In this document: in pieces, positions 11,479 to 24,774 of the stretch | Layout of the letters: each line of letters starts with the position of its first letter | Numbering within the stretch: position 1 is the stretch's first letter | Assembly (NCBI GenBank): GCA_001949185.1 | Contig: BDGG01000002.1 | Span: 8,541,990-8,605,989, forward strand | Reading direction: 5' to 3' | Origin: Ramazzottius varieornatus | Lineage: Eukaryota; Animalia; Tardigrada | DNA: 64,000 bases | Translations under genes and position numbers: made by a program | The notes under the pieces: model-generated | Told to the model about the DNA's origin: nothing | The model's database searches: none | The model's input: only the letters and a program-made list of their open reading frames with translations

Positions 11479-12188
11479 TTAGCGTGTCCCCGGGACGAAG
11501 ATCCATTTGCCGCTGTTAACGTTGGCATCACTTCGTTGACTGGGTTGAGCGTTAAGCCTGCTATTGCTGGCTCCGTTGTTCTGGACGACGTAGTCAGCCG
11601 GAGGAGTGTCTGTCAATGTTACATCATTCAGCCCAGTAATCAGGAATTTTTCACCGGAAGGCCTCGAAGATCACTTACCGAACAATGGTTGGTCAGTGTA
11701 CAAACGCGAGTTGGCAAAGTTGGCAAACTCTTGCGAGCGAGCGCAGTCCACGTTGTACCTAAATAGCCGGTCCATATCTCAGTTTATGCGTTTGGGCTGT
11801 TGTAAGTACAGTCCAAGAGAGATCGGTGGACGTACCAGTAGTCACAAACCAGGGTGAGCTGGTTGAAGACGGTGGTGTTGACGCAGAGGTAGGTAGTCTG
11901 GTTGCCATTGATGTCACATCGATGGAAGACTTGGCAGTTGGTGGCGGTGTCGGCGTAGTAACCGGCTTGGGCCTGGCTGGCGCAGCTGAAGGCAGTCTCG
12001 GGCAGCGCGTCGCGATCGTAGGTGGGGTAGCTGGCGTCGCGCGAGGAGAGGATGCTTTCCACTTCGGCGGCAGTCAGAGCAGGCTTCAGCAGGTCGAAGA
12101 CGTAGCGCCCACCAACCTGGTTGACCTTGTTGTTGCGCTGGCACATGGCCGACCCAACGACTACAAAGAGAACGGCGAGGACCTGCAT
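11479..12188 (-). CDS. Secreted chitin-binding type-2 (CBM14/peritrophin-A, CPAP1-like) protein, 3 exons
   Basis: Signal peptide, then PETAFSC...GYYADTATNCQVFHRC...YLCVNTTVFNQLTLVCDYWYNVDC (6 Cys). Spliced tail NSRLYTDQPLFDTPPADY ends at TAA 11479-11481. Confidence 0.88.
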
Positions 12189-12576
12189 GGTGAGGAGCGT
12201 TGGCTGGCTGGCTGGCTTCCACGGGATCCAAGAGCGGACGAAAGTTGATCAACTAAAATGCTCGCTATATATCTATAGAGGGTTGCGGTGACTTTATATA
12301 GTTTACCGCGTTCCTGTCCTGAGGGCGGAATAAGATTAATTGGACGTCCAAGTGGCTGGTCCGGTTATTAACAGTTGCGAAATCTACACTCGGGAAGGAT
12401 GACTAAGTCCATCAACTTTGTCAACTTGAACTGGAGCCTACTTTGTCACGAGTGTGCTAGACAGAAGAGGTCTGCGTTCCCGGTAGTACGTCCCTTCCAG
12501 CACTATATTCATCAATCGACTCGGGGATCGGTAAGGGAAAGGAGTTCGCACCAGGAAGCTGGCACATTAATCAGTA

Positions 12577-12698
12577 CTGTAATGCTTCTTGAATCTCACG
12601 CACTTACGTCACACCCCCTGTGCACTATATAAGTCACTACAACCGTAAAAGTGGCGCGCATGGTGACGTCAGTGCGTGAGATTCAAGAAGCATTACAG
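12577..12698. mobile_element. MITE with CTGTA termini (122 bp)
   Basis: Near-perfect TIR CTGTAATGCTTCTTGAATCTCACGCACT...AGTGCGTGAGATTCAAGAAGCATTACAG, TA target-site duplication. Confidence 0.85.
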
Positions 12699-12702
12699 TA
12701 TG

Positions 12703-13472
12703 CAGTAGCGCAGGTGCATACCTTGCCGGGCCGCTTTGTTAGCCAATGAATGAATGCACTGTCTTGGAAAACGAGAGACTGTTCATTTCAATTCCAAAAG
12801 CCGTCGCCAGCCTGTCTGATTTCTGGCGCTTAACCTTGACTTTCGGCGAATGGTTGTTTCATGGGGTAACCAGTGTTGCTCCACTATGACTTTTTCGATT
12901 CTAATTGCAATTACGATTTATCGGAATACCTCAGGCGGCGGCATTCTCAGTTGTTTGACATTCAACCGGAATTAGCAACTCCAAGTAATCGGAATTTAGC
13001 TCGCGACAGCGATTGAAATTACGGTATCTTCTAGGCTGAGATTCCCTGATCCTATCCGCCACTAAATGGCCCCCATGATAAACAAATGTGTACACAGAAC
13101 GGGGTTCGAGGCTAGAAGTGTGCTCACACACTTCCAACCTGCAATGGCCAAAAGTATGGAGTTCGTGAAACCGAGCTTACGAGAGAGCCGTCCTCCAGTG
13201 GAAATCAAAAGCGATTTCACTGCCCACAATGAAGAGTGGCACGCGGTACCTTGTCGTAATCCATCGAGCCATCCATCCATCGGTACCTGATCGAGCAATG
13301 CCTGCTCACTCAGTTCAAGAAATTAGCCCATTATAAACAACCACTCACCCAAAGGCAAGGTTGAGCGCCAGAAGTCAGACAGGCTGGCGACGGCTTTTGC
13401 AATTGAAATGAACAGTCTCTCGTTTTTCAAGCACTGCGGAAATTCATTGGCTGATAAACCTGCGCTACACTG
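12703..13472. mobile_element. Non-autonomous DNA element with long (about 130 bp) terminal inverted repeats
   Basis: aaaacgagagactgttcatttcaattccaaaagccgtcgccagcctgtctga (12768-12820) recurs as a reverse complement at 13370-13430; no coding capacity seen inside. Confidence 0.8.
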
Positions 13473-13661
13473 ATCAATTTGCAAGCTTCTTGGTGCAGAA
13501 TCCTTCTTTTCCCGCTCGGACTTCGTCCGGTCATATATCGATCAAAACAATTCATGTTCTCATCGTTAGCCTACAAGTCCGCTGCAATGAACATGATTTC
13601 CATCAATTCTCTGGACAAAAGCCACCAAGGAAAGTCAAGACCCAATTGACAAAAGAAATAT

Positions 13662-16600
13662 TCAGGAAGATGAGCTGTGGTCAACATAGGCCTGCGCTTC
13701 GCGTCTGACATGCTCTACCGTAGCCGCCGAACCGTTCTTCTCCTCAAACTCTAGATATCTCCTGAAGAATATCTTCATCTTCTTGGCCGGCAACTTCATG
13801 TGAATAATTTTCTCGAACAATTTCCTACAAAGAAGCCCCCGCATGTGTCGACATTCTCGGCAACGAACTTGCGGACAAGACCGGTCAGAAGTTAGACTGA
13901 CCGTATATCGGAAGTGGGTTGGTTGGCCTTGATCATCTGGCTGAGGTAGACGTGGAGAAGGTCCGTCCTCTTAGGGTAACTGGCCACTAAGTTTTCAAAC
14001 ATAGTGCGCGCTCGTTCGCGGGAACCATACTGCAGTTCCAGTAAGGCGAACTTGACAATGATATCCGTTTCTAGACACAAAATAAAATTGAAAATAATTC
14101 AGAAAGTTCCCAGAATTTTACGAAGATTTCACTTCTCCTAAAAAATTTCCAGCAGGCATTGTGTCGTCCAGACTTACGGGTTTTAGGGTCTACCGTCTGT
14201 ATGGCTCTCTGCATCAGCTGGTGGGCTTCCTCCGTCTCCTTCCTCATCATCAGGAAGCCGCCATAGTCCATCCACACTTCCTTCACTGTTTTGAACTTAT
14301 GCGTCATCTTCTTGTACAACGCTTCCGCTTTCTGAATTCAAGACAGAAACCCGCGTCATCCCAAAGGCAAAACTCTGCGATGATTTCAACAAGGTCAAAC
14401 CTTACCTCATGTTTGCCGGTGTTTGTATAAATGGCAGCCATTTGGCGGTGAATCTTGACGGCGTCGTTGTGCTGTATGGCACTCTGGAAGGCTCTGTCCA
14501 GATTCTCTTCCGTCCCTTGCAGGTTCTCCAAATTCAACAAGGCTATCCACACATTGTAGCGCTCCGTTTCTTCCCTAAACCAAACCCCATAGACTATCAA
14601 CCCGGGGCAAAATTGAACGACTCAATACCAAGACCTCGGCAAACAAGCTCGGCAAGATCCTTGTGCCAAGTGGCGCACACTCTCCTCCAGTAACCCTGGA
14701 GACATGCGCCACTTGGGGCGATAACCTCGTTGAGTTGCCCGCGTGGCGCATGCTTGCAGCGAATAACACTGAAAAGGTGCGCCAAGTGGGAAAAAAGCTT
14801 CTCAAGTTTGTTTGTACAGCTCTACAGTTACACTTTTTCAGTCGAACTGTCCTGACATACCGGAAGGAGATGGTGTTGAGAGCTTTCTGAGCAATGTTTC
14901 TTGCGTCCTGCACTTTGCCATTCTGCAGCAGGAAGGCCATGTACTGAATCCACGGCATGGACTTGTTGGGCTGCGTCAACACCAGCTTCTCAAAGTCATC
15001 TTCCGTTTCCAAACCCGACTCTTCCTTCACCGTACTCCGTTCCTTCTACAACCCAAACATACCACTTACCATTTTTCATTCAGTTTCATACTAGCATCCG
15101 AGAAAAGCTTACATCATAAATTTGCCTTTCTTGTTGTCGAAGTTCCTTCCGACTATTCCGCCGTCCCTCATCTTCCCCTCCTTCTTCCGCCGCAACTTCC
15201 ACCACCAAGTCGTCTGCATCATCGACCTTTTGCTCTTCCTCATTCCAAGAGAAACTGTCAGGTAGCGACAGACGTGGTAGCAGGCTTGTCAAGGTCACCA
15301 CATTCTCACTTCCGGTCGTCTTACTCCCACTCGGTACCGTCTGTCCGGAAGCATCTTCCACCTTAATTTCCACCACGTCTTTTTCGTGCTTCACCGGAGA
15401 AGTTTTCAAAGCTTTCTGTAACGCGTCGGCATCTCTAGCAGTCAGAACGGAGGTGCGCATAGAGAAGATGTACAGTGGCGCCTTGCTGGCTACCTTTTTG
15501 GTCAGGACTCTTCGGCCCTGCCCTTTACTGGGCTTAACCTCCTTCTGACCGATCACTCGAACACTGACTACCTGTCCAACGTGGTAGGAAGTCAAGTCAG
15601 CCTTCTTGCTCTTAACGTCGTCCGCCAACTCGGACTTGTGGACGTGTCCGACCATCTTGGCCGGCGTCCGGACTTTTAACCGCTGGGATTCTACCGCGAC
15701 TATCTTGGCAGTGACGACGTCCCCAAAGGCATGGGCACCTTTCTTCTGTTCTTTCTTGGATAGTTTCTTGGGCTTCCCGTTGTCTCTTGACATGCTGTCG
15801 GCTTCTACGACCTGAAAAGAAAAACGGTTCGTGTTGATCATCCGCCTACATACATACTACTCACGCAAACTACGACAGTGCCAGTATGCATGTGCGGATA
15901 CATCCGCGCACTCTCGCCGCGCAGATAAACGCACGCCAAACTGTCTGCTTAGGCTGAGCACATCGCGCGTTAAAGACGCACTGCATACAGGCTTGTGAGT
16001 GAAGACCGGTGTGCGCAATGCACACTCACCTCATTTTCTTCCATCGGTTCGGCCTTGATATCGTCAACGCGATTTAGGAAGCGAAAAAGCAACTTCTGCT
16101 GTTGCTCATTGACTTCCTCCACTTTGACCAGCACAGTGTCTCCCACTTCAAGTCCTTGTTCTCCGGCGCTGAGAGGATTGAGCCTATTGGGCACCAGTCC
16201 TCCAAGGCTATTAGCGACCTCGACGAAGAGGCCATAATTCTTGACGTTGTTCACCGTGGCTACCACCTCCCTACCCACGTGCATTTCTCGCATGGAGCTG
16301 GGCAAGTCATGCTGAGCAGCCGCTTCGATGTACGCAGGCTTCACCGACAGAACCAGCGGTGTCATTTTTAGAATGACAGCCCGAGGTATGACTTCGTTCA
16401 GTTGCAACATGGCCAGAACGTTAGGACAGTCGCGGGCTTTGTCGGCTAACTGGAGAAAAGGGATGAACCCGGGAACTTCGGCCGGGAGAACCCTGACTTC
16501 GAGGCCTTTCGGAGTAATCTTGGCCACTCGACAGGACATTATCGCGGCAACTTCGGAAGACTCCTGAAAACACAGGTAAAACACAGCTGCTTGGCCCAAA

Positions 16601-19600
16601 AGCTTTCACAGGACTACAGTTGGGGGGTCAGCAAACGAAACGTAAAGTTCGGAATCGCAAATGGCCCAGACTCTTAGCAGATAACCCAGTAAACGTGCGC
16701 CCCTTTGGACACTGACAAGACAGCTCATCGAAGTGGCGCACGTAACCGGACAGTAACACTGAAAAGATGCGCCGCTTCGGAAACCCAATCTTGTCGTCCT
16801 TCCCCAAGTGGCGCACCATTTCGATATATTGGCTGGGAGAGTGCGCCAATTGGGAAAACAATTCTGCACGTTTCGTCTTGCGGCCTGCCGTGTTGCGCTT
16901 GCTTACTCGTTTGATAGATTCTGGATCGGATTTGATGAGACGTAACGACAGCTGCAAGTTTTCCGTCTTCTGGTCACAGCGCAGGACTTTGCACTTGACA
17001 GTCTGGCCTTCATAGTACAAGTTCTCCAGGCTGATGCCTTGGACAAACTCGGTCATCGGCACCCAGCCATACACTCGCTGGAAGAAGCGCACCAGCATGC
17101 CCGTGTTGCGAATTTTGCTGATAACACCCGTGACTATCCTGTCCGTCTGGGCTTCTTCGTAGGACTTTAGGACGGGGTCTTTGGCGTCCAGCAGGCTCTT
17201 CTTGTGGGTTAACACCAACGACTTCTTCTCCGGTTCCAGCTCCATCACCTTGCACGATATCAGTGTACCTTCGGGGAACTTGGCTTGCCAGTTCTTTAGA
17301 GCCACTTCCGTGAGATGCATCGAAGGCACAAAACCTGAGACCATACATCATACATCAGTTTAGCGCTTTCACCGATGCGACATCATCTCGATACAAAAAC
17401 GCGACCATTCGTGATACAAATTTGTATCCAGGTTTGGAACAATCGAGAACCTGACTATAAATCCACGTTCTGCGCGCCGCCTAACGACATGCAGGTACGC
17501 GACCGTTTTTCTCAACTTCAAAATTTTCAACGCATATATTCAAAGAAGTCAGCTTGATTTCTTTGAAAGACCGCTGGTCTTTCTCTCACCTTGGATCCGA
17601 TCGCCGATTCGAACCACGACGCCACTTGGTACTCGACCGATAACTTTGCATTCGACGGCCTGCCCGATATGGAGATCTTGATAGGACAGGAAAGGCTGGT
17701 TGACCAGGTTCTCTTTTAAGCTGACCAGTACAATTTCGTCCATGTCGTTGAAGCCAGTCACGACACATTTGTGAACTGAGCCCACTTTGAAATGCGGTTT
17801 GATGTTGTCGGATGGTGGAATGCTCATATTCTTGCGGGAAGTAAACGCTACTCGATCGTTGCTCAGCTTCAGGTAGACACCAACCTAAAACCGTATTAAT
17901 CAGAGAAAGGATCCGTCAGACGTGGAACGTAACGGCCGACCTTTTCCACCACCGACATGACCTCAGCGCTTTCGACGACGAGGCCTTCATACAGATCGCC
18001 ATGCGAGACGACGTTCCAAGACTTGGTGTCCCAGAAGGTGCTCTTTAAGGTGAAGGCAGTCTGTTTCGTCACGGGGTTCGTGTACAAGACTCTGGCAGAA
18101 ATCCTTTCGCCTTCTTTGTGGTCTGCGATGGACTGCGATGGGCTGATCAAGTGAAAGCGTGAAACGTAACCCTATGGAATGACATTGACATGATAGAAAC
18201 ATAACATCCAAAATAACAACCAGATTTAAAAAATGGCGCACGGTCTCAGTCGACAACACGGGAAGCATGCGATAGTTATAAACCATCTCGACGGGTCTAT
18301 TTTTCTATCCAAGTGGCGCACACTTTCGTCTATTGTCATTGAAAATGTGCGAAATAGACAGACTCGACAGAATGGATTTAGAAGTGGCGAACGTATCTCC
18401 CTTTTTCTGTGGGAGCGTGCGCCGCTTGGGAAAGCGATTTTATCGAGTCTGATTACCGATGTCCCATTTCTTCACACCTGAACGGAACCGCACTCCACCC
18501 GAAGTCCCACGTTCGACACACTCCGGACAACAACATCGACGATAGCACCTGCGAGTAAAACTTTGTATAGGTTCAAAACTAGACGACAATTTTTCACTTC
18601 CGGTCGCTGAGTTTACCTGGTAGGAGATTCACCGGGCTGATGTTCTTGGGCGTGAACTTGACGGCCGCGATGTTCCGCGTCAGCTGCGGCGCCCGCACCA
18701 CCGTGGTCTTGTTATTCAAGCCACCAGACTCGACAGCGCAGATCAAGACCTGTCCTTCGGCCATGATGGGCGCGTTGTCTTCACCGTCTAACACGGCCCT
18801 GGCCTTGGGAAGAAAAGCCTTGATGCCCTTGCTCTCCATGCCGACGTCCATGACGTAGCCATACTCTTCCACACTGCTGATAGCAGCGGGCATGACCACA
18901 CCGTTAAAGATGTGGGATGCCATGTCGGGAACGATATCTTTGGGGTTCATGGTCAAGCGAACAGTCACACGCTGCTTAGCGGGGTTGGCGGCGTTGTGCG
19001 ACGTCTCCACCTCTTTCACCTTACAAATCACCATTTGACCTGACGGAAACAGCTGGAGTAGGCTCTGAATCTGCCAAGGTAGAAAAACCACCACGTTGAG
19101 ATCCATGTGTATGCAGGTGCGCGACACTCGGGTGACATATCTGATTTACCACGAACGTCCGCGCATTACATCAAAGTGAATACATTATGTAATGGAGTAC
19201 GTGACACAACAGTGACAAACGTGACGTCATTCGCTGGTTGGCGGAGATCTTCGAGACTGTATCGTTTACGAAGTTATACGGACATACCTCCTTATCTTCC
19301 CTCTTGACACCCAGTCCCAAACCATGCAGCCGTGCTCCAAAGGCGTCCGACACGTCGAAAGGGCTAACAAAGCCACGAAGACCACCAGGTAGAGTCACCG
19401 CGATTTCCGAGCCCAGAAACTCTTTGATGCGTCCCAACAGAAGCAATCCCGGTGTCAGCGTCTATAACAAATTTTACACGTGAATGACAACTGACTCTTA
19501 TGATACTGGATAGGTAAAAAACCGTGTAGGTTAGGTGTTCGATGATCCTATCCTCTTCTCGAACGAGTTTGGCTGGTTGTGGTCGATTCTTCTTCCGGAG

Positions 19601-19861
19601 CCGAGCAGCCTCGCGACGTTTCTCTGTCGCCAGCTTCAGCTTCTTGAGTTTGGTGAAGATATTCGACTCCTGGAACTTCTCGCCTGACGGTGTGTCGGCA
19701 TTGTCAGCTCCGCTGTCCTTGAAGATGTCGCCCAGCTCCGTGAATACTTTATGGGAGAACGTAGCCGGAGGGGAAGATGCTCGGCGTTTTCGGTTGGTCG
19801 CGCTGGACTCCGCTTTCGTTGTGGATGGTCCTCCACCGCGAGGGAATGCTCGTTCTTCCAT
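13662..19861 (-). CDS. RRP5: Protein RRP5 homolog (PDCD11), S1-repeat plus HAT-repeat rRNA biogenesis factor, multi-exon
   Basis: N-terminal MEERAFPRGG, multiple S1 domains, C-terminal DDFEKLVLTQPNKSMPWIQYMAF, ERYNVWIALLNLE, ERARTMFENLVASYPKRTDL, KKMKIFFRRYLEFE. Confidence 0.95.
14665..14790. repeat. Intronic fixed-spacer inverted-repeat array, 2 units
   Basis: GTGGCGCA at 14670 and 14743, each with a 27-nt spacer then TGCGCCA; RRP5 intron. Confidence 0.85.
16657..16855. repeat. Intronic fixed-spacer inverted-repeat array, 3 units
   Basis: Left arms at 16661 (ATGGCCCA), 16733 and 16808; spacers 27, 27, 26 nt; RRP5 intron. Confidence 0.85.
18229..18430. repeat. Intronic fixed-spacer inverted-repeat array, 3 units
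   Basis: Left arms at 18233, 18313 and 18384; spacers 27, 27, 26 nt, some right arms degenerate; RRP5 intron. Confidence 0.75.
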
Positions 19862-20427
19862 TCTGTCCTACGAAAACATTCAACGATAAACGGACTCGCC
19901 GGAAGGATTGCAGTGTTCTTCAGGGAGGTCGAAAGCTAGAAATTTTCGGATGTGGAAACCACTGCGAATTAAATCAGATTTATCAGAAGTTCCGGGCGAT
20001 GTCGACCGATCAAGTCAAATTCTGTTGGTTGATTGTGATTACCCTGGATCGCCTCTTCTTCCCCGTTTCGCAATGCCTTGACGTCAGAACGTGCCAGGCG
20101 ATTGGGTGGTCCGCCGATGAGTAAGTGTAGCTCCGCCCCAACAGCTGATCGGGTCGTTTATCCGATGCTGCAGTTGCGCATGCATTCCAAGCATCCGTAA
20201 GTACCACCCAAGAGGACAGATGGTCCGCTCATGATACATCCGGGGCATAAGATACGATGAGCTGTAGCAAAGCCACGTTTCCTTCAGGGAATCCGCTTCT
20301 CTGTGGATATCGCCATTCGCCACTGTTCTGTTTTCCAGCATATCAGAGACTGGTCGTCCATATTCTGCCTTTCTCACCGAACGGTTTGGTACTTCCAAGT
20401 GTTAAGAGCAAGGAAGAACGTCCAGCC
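19862..20427. promoter_or_regulatory. Probable bidirectional promoter between RRP5 and ACP6
   Basis: Divergent start codons at 19861(-) and 20428(+), 566 bp apart. Confidence 0.55.
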
Positions 20428-22662
20428 ATGTGGAAATGGAAGAGCATCGGAGCACTGGGGACGTTTGCCGGGTCGACTTACTTCGTGGCGGACAGCCGGC
20501 TTGTCCATGCCAAGTCATCGCCGGAACAGGCTGACTACATCAGCATGCCTCCTGGGATGACCACTCGCACCCATCTGCAGCCTGCCTTCGACACTCATGG
20601 TGCTATCCGCGGAGAAGGAATGGCCAGGCCAGAGCTGGCAGAGATGCAGCTGCGACACGTCCAAGTGTTCTTTCGCCATGGCGCGCGCACGCCGCTGAGA
20701 ATTCTTACATGGATGGACCAGGTATCTATCTCATCTGTTTTGTTTCTCTCAACTTGCTGAAACATCTGGAAGTGTCTGAAATTACTTGGAAATGTTATTG
20801 TAGCCGGAATGGCCGAAAGATAAAATATTAGGCGACCCACCACTGCCAGCTGTCACGTACACGACCACCGACGTTCATGGCCAACTTGTACCAAGTGGAC
20901 CGTATGAAGCAATGTATCAAAAGATTATCTTCAAGGTAAGGATGCTCTTCTTCGCTCTTGCCTGATGACGCAGAGATGAGGTTTGTAGGGCGGAACTCCT
21001 GCTGGACAATTAACCAAAACCGGTAAGAAAATTCGTCGGCACTTTCTGGTGTTTTGTGTCCTCGATGGTGGGCTAATGTTTACCGTAATTCTTGACGTAA
21101 TCTACGGTGGTCTTTTTTAGGAAAGGAGCAGGTTTACGAACTCGGCCGAAGAATAAGGGGAGACTACATTGAGAAGCGTCACTTGATCGCACCAACTTTC
21201 AATGCTTCGGAAGTGTAGTAAGTTACAGTAGAAGATTTGTTCTTGCTAGTTTTGTTTGCTCAATGGATTTAGCCATCTGATACTTCAGCGTGCGTTCCAC
21301 AAACATGATGCGAACAATCGAGTCAGCACGATGGCTTCTCAGCGGAATTTTCGGCCACAATAAGCGCGGAGGTAAGACCGGAAGTACTTGAGCATACCAG
21401 TTGCAAATAATCATGACTTTTATCAAGAGTTCGTATGCTATAGATAAAATTATAATCCATACGGAACCTGCCGAAAGGGAGATCCTGTACCCCAACCACA
21501 GCTTCTGCCGCCAGCTCAAGCTCTTTAACAAGAAACTCTTCAAAGAACTGGACGCAAGTATTCCTGGACTGCGAGAAGACCGCGCACAACTCCAGCGCCT
21601 TCTCGGTACACCTTTGCTGACTCAACATTCTTCTGCTCGTCTTTCGTTCCTCGTCTGTCCGCTTCATTTCTCTTTCAGAATACAGCGAGGAGGCTAACAA
21701 CAAGCAGAAGCTAAATTACGTGGATCTCCGAGACGAAATCATTGCACGTCAGGTAAAATATTTCTACGAGTATCGATTAATGAAATAAGTAGTCAATCAA
21801 TGAAATTAGGCGAGCAGTCCATTTCCTGGTGTTGATCCAGTGTGACGTTATGCGGTAATGTCATATGCGAGTGATCGACATCCGGTCGACGTCATAGGTG
21901 CCCACTACTTGATGGCTGATTTGAGGGTTTGTTGCAGGCGCACGGTATCACCGTTCCTGAGAAAGCCCTGACGATGATGAACTCGATCGAACTCTACGCC
22001 GTCCGCATGTTGACTTCCATGGTCTCAGGTTCGGGCAGGAAGATCCGCAAGGAGATTCTGCGGCTGGCCTGCGGTCCGGTGATCCATATGATCCGCGACA
22101 ACATGGACATGAGTCTTCGCAATGACGGCTTCTACAAGCTGAACCTGTATGCTTGCCATGACTCGACCCTCATGGCGCTTCTGGTGACGTTTGGCATCTT
22201 CGACGGCAAATGGCCTCCCTTCGCCGCCGACTTGGTCTTTGAAACGTATGAAGACAAGTATGGCGATGCCTGGGTCCGAGTCATGTATCTGGGTGATGTC
22301 CAGAAATTATCTAACGCAGAGACTGACGAAGTCATTTCCATGGATAGTTTCAAGGCTCTGATCGGCACTTATGCCGTCAGTCCCGATGTAAGAACCAACT
22401 TGGAAACTCGGCGAAACACACTGCACTGAATAGTTTTCCCACGTGGCGCATTCCCTCAGCTAATACAACTGGAAAAACGCGCCAGTTGAGAAAGCCACCT
22501 CGTTGAGTTTGTTCGACGAGCTCCCTCTTTTTCCCTCCCACCATGTAATTCGTTTAACATCCTAGTGACTGATTCTTGTTTCTCTTTTTGCAGAAGTACA
22601 AGGAAGAATGCGAGGTGGAAGCAGATGACGGTGAAGTGGAAGGGAGAAGCCCTGGCTTGTGA
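20428..22662 (+). CDS. ACP6: Lysophosphatidic acid phosphatase type 6 (histidine acid phosphatase), multi-exon
   Basis: VQVFFRHGARTP catalytic motif, GQLTKTG, VRSTNMMRTIESA, LYACHDSTL, WPPFAADLVFE; N-terminal mitochondrial-type leader; stop 22660-22662. Confidence 0.9.
22438..22490. repeat. Intronic fixed-spacer inverted-repeat unit
   Basis: CCACGTGGCGCA-27nt-CGCGCCAGTTG in the last ACP6 intron. Confidence 0.75.
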
Positions 22663-23478
22663 ATCTAATTTCTTAGCAGGCTTTTTTTGAAACGTTTTAC
22701 TACGACCTAGAATCGATAAATTTTGATCCAGTTGTTTTTGCCCCAGGCTCCACTAATCTCGTTCAAGCACATTCGCAGTTTGGTTTGATGGTCTTTCACA
22801 AAGAGTCCTATTGAATTATTCACCTGTTTTATCCGCAGTTCACCACAAGGTTCTCCCCAGAGTGCTGTGTTTTAGTTTTACCGACCTCGGCGACCTGCGG
22901 GTTTTATCCTGTGATTCGATGAGTCTATTTGCATCGCAAGCTCTGTCAGTTGAAATATTAGCATCTTTCCGGAAGAAACAAGAAGGAGTGTTCTTCCGCT
23001 GGGTTAATTCTGTAATGCAGTTCCTGCCGGTCGACCAAGGCTCGCCAGAGAAAATTGAGCGAATCATTCATCTATTGTCGTGACTGATTACGTGAAAAGA
23101 AGCCTTAGCCACGTATCGGGATTAATTATTGATATCGACTTTCAACGGGGCTGGAAGCCTTGTTAATGGAGAAGCTCTTAAAGTTTCAGGACTGATTCAT
23201 CGCTAATAAGCCTGATTAGCCTGGAGACCACTTTGTGACGGACTTCCTGGTCAAACTACTTCCAAGATCTTGTCACAAGCTTACGAAGGGAGATTTAACA
23301 AGCGACATAAAGAGGCTGGATGCTGTGTTTCTGTTAAGTCAACTTCCATTCCATGTGGGGAAGATGGGGAAAGTTTCTTGAGAGAAAGCTGGACTTCTTC
23401 GACCAGAGTTCGCTTGCTTTTCTTGACCTTTTGTAGAGACGATAGATTGACCTCCTTAATCGGGAGAGATACTGCGAA

Positions 23479-23958
23479 ATGGGGCAGTCAACAATGGCGC
23501 TTTCGATTGGGCTTTGTTTGATCCTTACCATGGTCTCGTCAGCCGTGCTGAAGCCGGTGGAGCTCTCCAGAACGGACCTTCCAATGCCTCTTGACCCCCC
23601 GCCTGAGAAAGTCCGGTTCGGCGAGTCGGAAGCAGCGCTACTGCTGCGCTTGTTAAAGTATTACATGTCTGTCGGGGTTCCGTCAAAAGAGACCGCGAGT
23701 ATTCCCCCGAACGAAGCGGATGCAGCAGCCATACCTGAGAACCGAGAAGAAACGTGGACGGAAGTTAAACGACAACCGGGTTCGGACGGGTCTCGGAGAG
23801 GACCGTACACGCCACCTCTCGCTGACCGCCTGCTGGACCGCGCATGGGACCACTTCATCGTGGAGAAGGGCAAGCTGAAACGAAGAACCAACGGCAAACT
23901 CTGTTACATCAACCCCATCGCTTGCTTCGGCCGACGTCGGGAAACCGCAGCCAGCTAA
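23479..23958 (+). CDS. AstC: Allatostatin-C-family neuropeptide precursor
   Basis: Signal peptide, long propeptide, KRR-TNGKLCYINPIACF-GRRR; the C-x6-C-F pattern resembles AstC CYFNPISCF. Confidence 0.85.
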   Translation: MGQSTMALSIGLCLILTMVSSAVLKPVELSRTDLPMPLDPPPEKVRFGESEAALLLRLLKYYMSVGVPSKETASIPPNEADAAAIPENREETWTEVKRQPGSDGSRRGPYTPPLADRLLDRAWDHFIVEKGKLKRRTNGKLCYINPIACFGRRRETAAS

Positions 23959-24774
23959 AAAGAACCACCTGAAATTCTACTTAATAACTTGCATAGAAAG
24001 GACGAGCATCTTTCAGCTTAATTGACCTTGGACCTTCCTCGTCTTCACACTTATAGCTCAGCATCAGGGAACAGAACGTACCTGCTGAAAACTTTGACCC
24101 TCACTAATACTAAAGACATGCTGAATTGAAATTTCTCATTTTTCAAAATTATATGGCAATATGGTGGCTGGCGGTTGGTGGTATTAATGAAACGGCACAA
24201 TAAAGCTCGGTATTTGACCATACTGTACAATAGTCCTACTCACGACGAGCTGAGAAACCTGACTGATTGCGTTCATCTTGAAAACGGAGTACCAAACTTC
24301 ACTTTCAAGATAATAAGCCCTCGCGCAGCTTGTCCCGAATACCAAAACGGATTATTCTCTGCAAACTTCCCTGGCAATTTCAACTTTTCATTCCTCATCT
24401 GACTTTTGTTTCCACAGTGCATCACATCGCAAGATACCGTTTCTCACACGGGTTACTTGATACCTATCAGCGTCGAGAATATTGCAAAACAGAGAAGTCA
24501 GTAATTAAGTAAGTCCGGAGCTAAAGACTGCCTACAAACCTACTCCGAGAAACTCGCGCAATTAAATTTCATCTCACTCACGCTCGATTTGAGTTTATTA
24601 AACTGAAAAATATTTATGTGAGTGTTTTCATTATAAGCAGAGTTTTGAGGTCAGTGTCGTCAGCAGGACTAAATATGTTAGACAAGATAAAAAGTAATTA
24701 AATTGGAGTGGAGCAAACAAAGAGGAAGATAACATACTATGGAGCATATTAGGTCGTTTTATATATTTAGAAAT

